From: Thermofilaceae archaeon
Lineage (GTDB): Archaea > Thermoproteota > Thermoprotei > Thermofilales > Thermofilaceae
Direction of reading: 5' to 3'
Assembly: GCA_038727095.1 (NCBI GenBank)
Contig: JAVYWK010000008.1
Location: forward strand, 8,136 to 72,135
DNA length: 64,000 nucleotides
Part shown: positions 56,795 to 64,000 of the stretch, piece by piece
Layout of the letters: each line of letters opens with the position of its first letter
Position numbering within the stretch: position 1 is the stretch's first letter
Program-made: the position numbers and the translations under genes
The notes under the pieces: model-generated
What the model saw: the letters and a program-made list of their open reading frames with translations, nothing else
The model's database searches: none
Told to the model about the DNA's origin: nothing

Positions 56795-56874
56795 GACACG
56801 GAAATCAACTTAGCAGTTCAGCTGCCCTCCCGCGATCTCGGCTCGGAAATCTTTGAGTGAGATGCTGGGGGAAT

Positions 56875-57834
56875 CTACTTCTTGATGGGGAGGTCAATCT
56901 TCAGCTTTCTCACTAGCTCCTTGTACCTGTTCCTGACGGTGACTTCTGTGACTTGGGCAGCTCGAGCGACCTCCTTCTGAGTCCTCACTTCGCCTCTCCT
57001 TAGCGCGGCGATGTAGATGGCTGCTGCCGCCAGCCCCGCCGGATCCTTGCCTGCGGTAATGCCTATCTGCTGCGCCTGCCTCAGTATGTCTATCGCATCC
57101 CTAACTGTTGCCGCGCTCACTCGCAGCATGTTCCCGATGCGGGGGGCGAAGTCGATAGGGTTTGGCAGCGGAACCCTGATCGAAGTCTCCCTCAAGAGAA
57201 GCCTGTAGCACCTGGCCACCTCCTTCCGCCCGGCTCTCGTGTACCTGGAGATCTCGTCGAGCGTCCTTGGGATTTTCAGCTCTCTGCAAGCCGCGTAGAT
57301 AGCTGCTGCCACAACCGACTCTATTGAGCGCCCTCTTACGAGACCAGTCTCCAGGGCTCTCCTATAGACCTCGCTGGCGCGATCCAGGATCCTCTTCGGT
57401 AGCCCCAGCTGGGCGCCGAGCCTCTCCAGCTCCTGCTGGGCTTGGATCAAGTTGCGCTCGAGGCTGGACTGCGCTTGCGCTCTCATGTGCCACCTGCGCA
57501 GCCTGAACATCTCGACCTTCTTCCTCAACCCGAGCTCGCGGCCGGCAGCGTCCTTGCTCCTCCAGTCGATCTCTGTGGCGAGGGCATCCGGCGTGTACCT
57601 CAGGATTGGGGCGCCCACCCTGCTCCTCTTCTCCCTCTCCTCACCATCGAAGGCCCTCCACTCGGGGCCCTTGTCGATCTCCTTCTCGCTGACAACGTAG
57701 CCGCAGAGGGCGCAGATGATCTCGCCCCTCATAGGGTCGTATATCAAGCGTTCAGATCCGCACTGTGGGCAGCTCTTTACCTCCTCCGTGGGGAGGAATT
57801 TCGCAATCAGATCCTCATTAACCTTTTCCGACAT
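56875..57834 (-). CDS. tfb: Transcription initiation factor IIB (canonical)
   Basis: [53 protein letters not shown]. Confidence 0.96.
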   Translation of the reverse strand: MSEKVNEDLIAKFLPTEEVKSCPQCGSERLIYDPMRGEIICALCGYVVSEKEIDKGPEWRAFDGEEREKRSRVGAPILRYTPDALATEIDWRSKDAAGRELGLRKKVEMFRLRRWHMRAQAQSSLERNLIQAQQELERLGAQLGLPKRILDRASEVYRRALETGLVRGRSIESVVAAAIYAACRELKIPRTLDEISRYTRAGRKEVARCYRLLLRETSIRVPLPNPIDFAPRIGNMLRVSAATVRDAIDILRQAQQIGITAGKDPAGLAAAAIYIAALRRGEVRTQKEVARAAQVTEVTVRNRYKELVRKLKIDLPIKK

Positions 57835-57872
57835 GGTACCACCCGAAACCTTTTTAAGGGCCGTAGAAAGGG

Positions 57873-58130
57873 TTATTTAAGCTTTTCGTTTGTATGAGCG
57901 AGCGCATCGACAAGCCTGAGCACGTCATCGATAAAAGAGCGGATTTTCGCAGCCTTTGAGTGGCAGGAGCAGGAGGCCTCGACGACTATGAAGGCTCCAC
58001 TACTGCTTGTTGAGATCGTCGAGCAACCATCGCTCCAATCGTCGGGGGAGAGGGCCGTCTTTAACGCTTCAGCTTCCCTCTCGTCTGCCTGCGGCAGCTT
58101 CAGCAGGACGCCGACCTCCCTAAGCGCCAG
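57873..58130 (-). CDS. pcc1: KEOPS complex subunit Pcc1 (probable CTG start)
   Basis: Manual translation (L)[30 protein letters not shown]...[15 protein letters not shown]...; follows rps15 and the DHH gene as in the conserved archaeal operon. Confidence 0.7.
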   Translation of the reverse strand: MALREVGVLLKLPQADEREAEALKTALSPDDWSDGCSTISTSSSGAFIVVEASCSCHSKAAKIRSFIDDVLRLVDALAHTNEKLK

Positions 58131-59520
58131 TCGACATCACCCTCTCCAGTTCCGCCAGAAACTCCTCCAACCTTCCAACCGGTATCGTCGCGCCCCCCGC
58201 TCTCTCATGGCCCCCGCCAACCCCACCCACTTTCTCGGCAGCTTTTCGCAGAACTTCGCCCACCACGACTTGAGGACCGTCAGCCCTCCGCGCGGAGATC
58301 TTGACGCCGTCCGGGGAGTCTAGGGCCACGAGGAGGAGCTTGCCGCTCTTCACGTAGGGGAGGAGTAGGGAGGCGAGAGCCCCGCTAACCCGCTCGTTGA
58401 GGAAGCTCCTGCCCCTCAGATCCACCAGCATGAGGCGCTCGCTTTCCCGTATCGGCTTCTCCTCCCTAACGCACTTGAACGCTTTTGAGAGGAGGGACCG
58501 GTACTGGGCGGCGACATTGATCGCCTTCAGAAGCAGGTCGCCCCTGGCGCCGAGGCACAGGGCGACGGCTACGTCGTAGGATCCGATCCTCCCGCTGGCG
58601 TTCAGCAGCTGGGCGTATTCTCTGGCATCTCTAAGGGGGCTGTCGGGTGCCTCGCCGAGGATCACGTAGCTGGCCCCGTAGATCCGCTCCGCCTCACCCG
58701 CCGTGTACCCGTACTTCAGCATGAGCTTGACGAGCTCGGAGGCAAGCTTCCTCCTCTCCTCTTTAGACAGTTCGCCGAGGGTCCTGTGCTTTTCTCCAAT
58801 GGCCGGCTCAATGTTGATGCTCTTGAGGAAGGCGACAGCGTTACCCTCGTCGCCCGTTAAACCGGGTAGGAAGGGGTCGGTCGTGTAAGCTAACGCCTTC
58901 GCGATGGGCCTCGCGGGCCCCCCGAACAGCCTAAGGTCTATCCTCTCCTCGATGAGACCTGCCTCCACAGCCTCCTTTACGATCCTCCTGTTTACGCCGA
59001 TGAGCCTGAAGCGTTCACCCACATCCTGCCTATCGCCGAGCGCGCCGACGATGGCTAGGGGAGCGAGGTCGACCGCTTTCTCCCCCAGCAGCTCCTTCGC
59101 GAGGAGGTAGGCGAGGCCGGAGCTGCTGACCTCTCGTGACCCATCGATACCGCACCGATGCGGATTAACCTCTACAACCCCTCCTCCAGCCCCCTGCAGC
59201 AGGTGGTGGTCGAGGACTATGACGCTAGTCTTCAGCTTCGAAAGCTCTCTTACGCTGCCGCTACCCATGTCTGCGAGGAGGGTTAAGGGGTAGTCCGAGG
59301 CTAGGGACTGAAGCCTTCCGAAGCTCGAGGGCGTCATTTGCTCGAGGATGAGGAGGTGCACGACGAAACCCCTACCTGTTAGCGCCTTGAGGAGTATTGA
59401 AGCAGCGGACAATCCATCCGCGTCGTAGTGGGAGGCTAGCAGCGCTCGCCGCTCGCCGCACTCTTCGATAATCGAGGCTGCGCGCTCTAACTGATCGGAG
59501 AGTTCATACGCTTCAGCCAT
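58120..59520 (-). CDS. DHH-family phosphoesterase (RecJ/Cdc45-like)
   Basis: HYDADG, DMGS, LDHH, NPH, GALGD, GGGHERAGG. Confidence 0.9.
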   Translation of the reverse strand: MAEAYELSDQLERAASIIEECGERRALLASHYDADGLSAASILLKALTGRGFVVHLLILEQMTPSSFGRLQSLASDYPLTLLADMGSGSVRELSKLKTSVIVLDHHLLQGAGGGVVEVNPHRCGIDGSREVSSSGLAYLLAKELLGEKAVDLAPLAIVGALGDRQDVGERFRLIGVNRRIVKEAVEAGLIEERIDLRLFGGPARPIAKALAYTTDPFLPGLTGDEGNAVAFLKSINIEPAIGEKHRTLGELSKEERRKLASELVKLMLKYGYTAGEAERIYGASYVILGEAPDSPLRDAREYAQLLNASGRIGSYDVAVALCLGARGDLLLKAINVAAQYRSLLSKAFKCVREEKPIRESERLMLVDLRGRSFLNERVSGALASLLLPYVKSGKLLLVALDSPDGVKISARRADGPQVVVGEVLRKAAEKVGGVGGGHERAGGATIPVGRLEEFLAELERVMSTGA

Positions 59521-59560
59521 GAGCGGAGCACAAGGCAGAGCTACGCTAAAAGCCTATTCG

Positions 59561-60007
59561 TTAGGTGAAGATACTCACCCTCTCGGGCTTGTACTCCCAG
59601 TTTGGCGGCAGTACTCCAACCCTCTTGTAGTACTTCGCTAACCTGCGTATCTTCGACTCGATGAGGATCAACCCCCTCTTCGAGTGGTAGTCCTTCGGGT
59701 GTTCCTCGAGGTGCCTCCTAACTCTCATCGCCCTCCTTATCAAGTTAGCCAGATCCTCGGGAACTTCAGGCGCCAAACCCCTTTCACGCAGGATGCGAAC
59801 CAGCTTCTTACTGGTTACAGCCCGTACGCTGGGGATACCGTACTGGTCCCTCAGTATCGTACCGATCATTGATGGCTGGTAACCTCTCCGGTAGAGCGAG
59901 ACTACCAGCTCTTCCACCTGCTCCGGCGAGACCGTCATCCACTCCGGCTTCACGATTTCCACGGGGCGCGTTGAGCCAGATTTACCCTTCTCGTGGCGTT
60001 TATTCAC
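59561..60007 (-). CDS. rps15: 30S ribosomal protein S15 (uS15/S13e)
   Basis: [33 protein letters not shown]; start set at GTG 60007. Confidence 0.96.
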   Translation of the reverse strand: MNKRHEKGKSGSTRPVEIVKPEWMTVSPEQVEELVVSLYRRGYQPSMIGTILRDQYGIPSVRAVTSKKLVRILRERGLAPEVPEDLANLIRRAMRVRRHLEEHPKDYHSKRGLILIESKIRRLAKYYKRVGVLPPNWEYKPERVSIFT

Positions 60008-60046
60008 GGTGGCGCGGAGGCCCCCATCCAAATATAAGTGTTGTGC

Positions 60047-60748
60047 TCAAGCCCGGAGAACCCTACGCCTCTCAGCAACGTACCTGCCTCTTCTCCTAAT
60101 CTCGGCCACTTTCTCCTCCACCAGCTCAGCTGTTGCCGCACCCCTGGCCTTTCTGTACCCCCTGAGGAAGGCCCTGTAAAGGCTGGGGGCTAGCGAGGGG
60201 ACGGTGCTCTCCAGAGATCGGAGCATGAGGTGTACGTCAACGCCCTGCTCCTCCAAGTCGTTGCTGAAAGAGCCCAAACCGAAGTCGATGATGAAGACCC
60301 CCCGACTTGACGCTACCACATTGGCCGCTGTCAAATCCCCGTGCACGATGCCTCTCGCGTGGAGGAGGCCAGCGTAGAAGCCCAGTTCCCGGAAAACGCC
60401 CTCCCTCCCCTCCAAGCTGGGGAGCACCTCCCTCAACCGGGGACCGGGGATGTAGTCCATCATGAGTACGAAGAGCTCAGGGTTCACGTAGAGGAGGGTG
60501 GGGGCTGGCACGCCGAGCTTTCGAGCTTCGGCAAGCAGCTTCGCCTCCAGCGCCGTCCTTTCCCTCCTCAATCTCCCGTCGAGCTCGGGAGCCCGGTACG
60601 GCTTTGGCAGTCGAACTTTAGCAACAGCATCGAAGGATCTCCACTCGCACCTGATCACGACTGCTTCAGCCCCAACCCCGAGCAGCTCAACCGGTTTTGA
60701 GCCTACGGCTTTGACCAGCTCCTCAGCCTCCGCGAGCACCGCTCTCAT
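60047..60748 (-). CDS. bud32: KEOPS kinase Bud32
   Basis: GAEA, KPYRAPELD, HGDLTAAN, IDFGL, RRRGRY; start set at ATG 60748. Confidence 0.92.
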   Translation of the reverse strand: MRAVLAEAEELVKAVGSKPVELLGVGAEAVVIRCEWRSFDAVAKVRLPKPYRAPELDGRLRRERTALEAKLLAEARKLGVPAPTLLYVNPELFVLMMDYIPGPRLREVLPSLEGREGVFRELGFYAGLLHARGIVHGDLTAANVVASSRGVFIIDFGLGSFSNDLEEQGVDVHLMLRSLESTVPSLAPSLYRAFLRGYRKARGAATAELVEEKVAEIRRRGRYVAERRRVLRA

Positions 60749-60818
60749 CGCGAGGAGTCCAAGCACAACGCTTATAAGAGGTTCTTCTAAGCGTCTTCTA
60801 TACTTTCGGTGAACTCTC

Positions 60819-61433
60819 ATGTTTAAGCTGGTCGAGTGCGAAGGCGTTGTAAAGATCCCACCCAGCCTCATCGGTGCCCCCTTGAGGGAGGCTGTTCTGG
60901 AGGTCCTTAGGCGCGAGTACGTGGGTCAAGTGATCAAGAACCTCGGAGTCGTGGTGAGCGTGCTCGACGCGGAGGCCAACGAGTTCGGGATGATCCTACC
61001 GGGCGAGGGCAGCCTCTACCACGAGGCCAAGTTCAAGATGCTGGTCTACACCCCTGTGAACCAGGAGGTGGTCGAGGGGGAGGTGATGATCGTCGAGTCG
61101 ACCGGCGTCATCATCCGGCTGGGGCCCGTTGAGGGCTACATACACCGGAGCCAGATCATGGACGAGACGATCTCCTACAGCAGGGAGCAGAGCGTCATCA
61201 TCGGCGAGAAGAGCGGGAAGGTTCTGAGAAAGGGCGACACCGTAAGAGCCCGGATCGTCGCGGTCAGCTACGGCGGAAGGAAGCAGGCCTTAAGAGTTCA
61301 GCTCACGATGAAGCAACCGTACCTCGGGAAGCTCGAGTGGATCCGGGAGGAGGTGAAGAAAGCCGAGAAAGCGGCTCAGGTGCCGGTAAAACCGGAGGCC
61401 GAGGCTAAACCAAAGCCTAGCGCGAAGAGGTGA
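60819..61433 (+). CDS. rpoE1: RNA polymerase subunit Rpo7 (E')
   Basis: VKIPP, EVVEGEV, IHRSQIMD, LTMKQPYLGKLEW. Confidence 0.95.
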   Translation: MFKLVECEGVVKIPPSLIGAPLREAVLEVLRREYVGQVIKNLGVVVSVLDAEANEFGMILPGEGSLYHEAKFKMLVYTPVNQEVVEGEVMIVESTGVIIRLGPVEGYIHRSQIMDETISYSREQSVIIGEKSGKVLRKGDTVRARIVAVSYGGRKQALRVQLTMKQPYLGKLEWIREEVKKAEKAAQVPVKPEAEAKPKPSAKR

Positions 61434-61439
61434 GCGCAG

Positions 61440-61655
61440 GTGGCCACGCGAAAGAGAAAGGCCTACTTCAAAGCTTGCATGAAGTGTAAGATGCTAGCGC
61501 CCCTCAACGTTGAGATCTGCCCCAACTGCGGCAGCCGCGACTTCAGTGAGGAGTGGGAGGGGATGATCATCGTGTTCGACATAGAGAACTCGATGGTTGC
61601 GAAGCGGCTCAACATCACGAGACCCGGCAGGTACGCCATCAAGCTGCGCGCCTGA
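61440..61655 (+). CDS. spt4: Transcription elongation factor Spt4 (E'')
   Basis: ACMKCK..CPNCGS..FSEEWEG..PGRYAIK. Confidence 0.95.
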   Translation: MATRKRKAYFKACMKCKMLAPLNVEICPNCGSRDFSEEWEGMIIVFDIENSMVAKRLNITRPGRYAIKLRA

Positions 61656-62200
61656 TGCTCCACCGCTTGAGGGAGGAGTACAGGCAGGCTCTCCGAATAC
61701 CCCTAGGCCTCGCTCTCTACAAGCCACCTCCCGAGTCCGCCAAGCTGATCCTCGAGCTGGCCGAGCTTGTCCAGCCCCCTATCATCGTCACGGTGGGAGA
61801 TTTCGTCACCGCCAACCTGAGACGCGCCGGGTTGGAGCCCGATGTCGCTGTCGTTGATTGGAAGACCCTGAGGACGCCGCTGATGGAGGATCTAAGCTCT
61901 CTGGTCTCGGGACGCCGTGTGTACAGGTGCGCTAATCCTTCAGGCTCATTGACGGTTGAGGCTGTTGAACTTGTGCGCAGTGCGCTTGCGAAAGCGTCTT
62001 GGTGCTCCAAAATACTGGTGGCGGTAGAGGGGGAGGAGGATCTGCTAGCTCTGCCCGCGCTGGCATTCGCGCCACCCCGCTCCTTCGTGATCTACGGGCT
62101 CTGGTTGGGGGCTGCAGTCGTAACCTTCTGCCACCCTCTCATTGAGAAGGGCGTAAGGCTCTTCCTGAAGGTAGCGTTCGACCCGCCCCTGAGCCTGTAA
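61655..62200 (+). CDS. GTP-dependent dephospho-CoA kinase (DUF359)
   Basis: VGDFVT, VVDWKTLR, NPSG, VEGEEDLLAL; ATG 61655 overlaps spt4 stop. Confidence 0.85.
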   Translation: MLHRLREEYRQALRIPLGLALYKPPPESAKLILELAELVQPPIIVTVGDFVTANLRRAGLEPDVAVVDWKTLRTPLMEDLSSLVSGRRVYRCANPSGSLTVEAVELVRSALAKASWCSKILVAVEGEEDLLALPALAFAPPRSFVIYGLWLGAAVVTFCHPLIEKGVRLFLKVAFDPPLSL

Positions 62201-62230
62201 ACTTAAAAACGATCTCAGCTGGGGAGGACT

Positions 62231-62554
62231 GTGCAGAACGGGTTTAACGTGGAGATCCTCTCGTCGAGGGATAACAGGCTGATCGAGCGGAAGGAGTACA
62301 TAGTGAAGATCGTCCACTGGCCGCAGGGGACTCCATCGCGTAAAGAACTGCGAGAGCGAATCGCACGGATGCTGGGTGTTAGCCCGGATCTGGTGTACGT
62401 GAGGAAGCTTAAGACGGAGTACGGGAAGTGCGAGAGCTTAGCCCGGGTTCACGTCTACGAGAGCGCCGAAAGAGCTCGCAGCATTGAGCCCTCTTATATC
62501 ATTAAAAGGAACTTAGGTGAAGAGGGCAAGAAGGAGGGTGAGAAGGGTGGCTGA
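62231..62554 (+). CDS. rps24e: 30S ribosomal protein S24e
   Basis: [29 protein letters not shown]. Confidence 0.95.
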   Translation: MQNGFNVEILSSRDNRLIERKEYIVKIVHWPQGTPSRKELRERIARMLGVSPDLVYVRKLKTEYGKCESLARVHVYESAERARSIEPSYIIKRNLGEEGKKEGEKGG

Positions 62555-62714
62555 AGTACACAAGAGGTACGAGTACGACTACAAAACCGGCACTATAAAG
62601 CTGAAGAGCAGGAAGTGCCCCCGATGCGGATCGATCCTGGCTCATCACCTCGCTCCCGTGGAGCGGTGGCACTGCGGGAAGTGCGGCTACACCGACTTCG
62701 TTCAGAAGAAGTAG
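62547..62714 (+). CDS. rps27ae: 30S ribosomal protein S27ae
   Basis: CPRCG..LAHH...[10 protein letters not shown]; start set at GTG 62547. Confidence 0.95.
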   Translation: MAEVHKRYEYDYKTGTIKLKSRKCPRCGSILAHHLAPVERWHCGKCGYTDFVQKK

Positions 62715-62881
62715 CTGGCTTCCAGGAGGTCAACTGAGCTTAAGCCAGGCGTAGTGGCGCGAGCTTGAGCACTGCAGATTCGAGCCAGGCCGCTCCACAC
62801 CTCTTAACGCGCAGCAGAAGAGGGGATAGTCGGGGGGTCAACGCTTTAAGCTTAAGCCGCCACGGTAGGGAGGGGTTTGCT

Positions 62882-63868
62882 TTGTCCGAGCCTCTCGTGC
62901 TCGGGATCGAGAGCACCGCTCACACGTTCGGAATTGGAGTCGCAACACCGAGCCGCATCCTCGCTGCCATCGACTACGCCTATCAGCCGAGGGCTGGCGG
63001 TATCCACCCGAGGGAGGCTGCCGAGCACCACGCGAAGGTGGCTGGCAGAGCGCTGGCGGAGGCGCTGACGGAGGCGGGCTTCAGCGTTAGGGACTTGGAC
63101 GCGGTGGCCGTAGCGCTGGGCCCGGGCATGGGTCCCTGCCTCAGGGTGGGGGCTACGCTCGCCCGCTACCTGTGCGTGAAGTACTCGAAGCCCCTCGTCC
63201 CCGTGAACCACGCGGTAGCGCACATCGAGATCGCGAGGCTGACTACGGGTTTCAAGGACCCCCTCGTCGTCTACATCGCTGGGGGCAACACGCTGATAAC
63301 CACATTCGTCGAGGGGAGGTACAGGATCTTTGGCGAAACCCTCGACATCCCCCTGGGCAACTGCCTTGACACCTTCGCGAGGGAAGTGGGCCTCGGCTTC
63401 CCCGGTACGCCGAGAGTGGAGGAGATGGCAGCGAAAGGTCGGAAGCTTCTCGAGCTCCCCTACGTCGTGAAGGGCCAGGATCTGCAGTTCTCAGGCCTCC
63501 TCACAAAGGCCTTGAAGCTCGTGAAAGAGGGGGAGAGGCTGGAGGACGTCTGCTACAGCCTGGTGGAGACGGCGTACTCGATGCTCGTGGAAGTTGCTGA
63601 AAGGGCTCTAGCGCTCACGGGGAAGCGTGAAGTGACACTCACGGGCGGCGTTGCGAGGAGCAAGCTGCTGACAGCGAAGCTGGAGAAGATGGCGGAGCTC
63701 CACGGCGCAGTTTTCAAGCCTGTGGAGCCCAAGTACGCCGGCGACAACGGGGCGATGATCGCGTACACCGGTGCACTAGCCTTTACGGCGGGCGTCACGA
63801 TAAGCGTCGAAGAGAGCAGGGTACGCCCCCTCTGGCGCCTCGACCAGGTCGAGATACCCTGGAGGTAG
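62882..63868 (+). CDS. kae1: KEOPS tRNA N6-threonylcarbamoyltransferase Kae1
   Basis: LGIESTAHT, GGIHP, VNHAVAHIE, GETLDI, DNGAMIA; start set at TTG 62882. Confidence 0.95.
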   Translation: MSEPLVLGIESTAHTFGIGVATPSRILAAIDYAYQPRAGGIHPREAAEHHAKVAGRALAEALTEAGFSVRDLDAVAVALGPGMGPCLRVGATLARYLCVKYSKPLVPVNHAVAHIEIARLTTGFKDPLVVYIAGGNTLITTFVEGRYRIFGETLDIPLGNCLDTFAREVGLGFPGTPRVEEMAAKGRKLLELPYVVKGQDLQFSGLLTKALKLVKEGERLEDVCYSLVETAYSMLVEVAERALALTGKREVTLTGGVARSKLLTAKLEKMAELHGAVFKPVEPKYAGDNGAMIAYTGALAFTAGVTISVEESRVRPLWRLDQVEIPWR

Positions 63869-63873
63869 TTGGC

Positions 63874-64000
63874 TCACAGCTCGCCGCAGTGCCTCTTGAT
63901 CTTCAAGACCGCCTCGACGATATCGTCCATGTCCTCCCTCTCGGCCAGGAAGATGTGCTGAGGCAGCGTGACAACGCGCTCCACGGCCTCCCTCGCCGCC
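63874..64000 (-). CDS. C-terminus of a DegT/DnrJ/EryC1/StrS-like aminotransferase (partial)
   Basis: ...AAREAVERVVTLPQHIFLAEREDMDDIVEAVLKIKRHCGEL*. Confidence 0.6.
   Translation of the reverse strand, partial: AAREAVERVVTLPQHIFLAEREDMDDIVEAVLKIKRHCGEL

Noticed and set aside
1-64000. CRISPR array, IS element, integrase or provirus
   Set aside because: No regularly spaced direct repeats and no transposase, recombinase or viral protein motifs seen

Overview
GC-rich crenarchaeal chromosome segment. The gene set (rpo8, TFE-beta, SmAP3, rps30e, gatDE, tgtA) points to Thermoproteota, most like Thermofilaceae (inference). Most of the window is conserved information-processing genes: CCA-adding enzyme, two TFBs, eRF1, csl4, rpo7/8/11, spt4, ribosomal proteins, KEOPS subunits, gatDE, carBA and tRNA-Lys(CTT). 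Accessory parts: (i) a divergent cluster of a peptidase-M28/PA-FtsX-type membrane protein and two OPT-like polytopic proteins, one gene of which has extreme alternating G/T versus A/C synonymous blocks; (ii) a lower-GC glycosylation cassette behind the tRNA; (iii) an ArsR-led operon with a bactofilin-like protein; (iv) a three-gene operon whose products (soluble coiled coil, sequon-rich surface protein, FtsX-like permease) all carry CdvA/SHOCT-like helical motifs, the best candidate for an undescribed envelope system; (v) scattered sugar-utilisation genes (GH127, GH39, RpiB, FGGY kinase). Features missing from the ORF track were read manually: the 1-2745 CDS, rps30e, a 44-aa ORF, pcc1 with a probable CTG start, a partial aminotransferase and a C/D box sRNA. 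No CRISPR array, transposase or integrase was seen. All family calls come from motif recognition by eye, not database searches.
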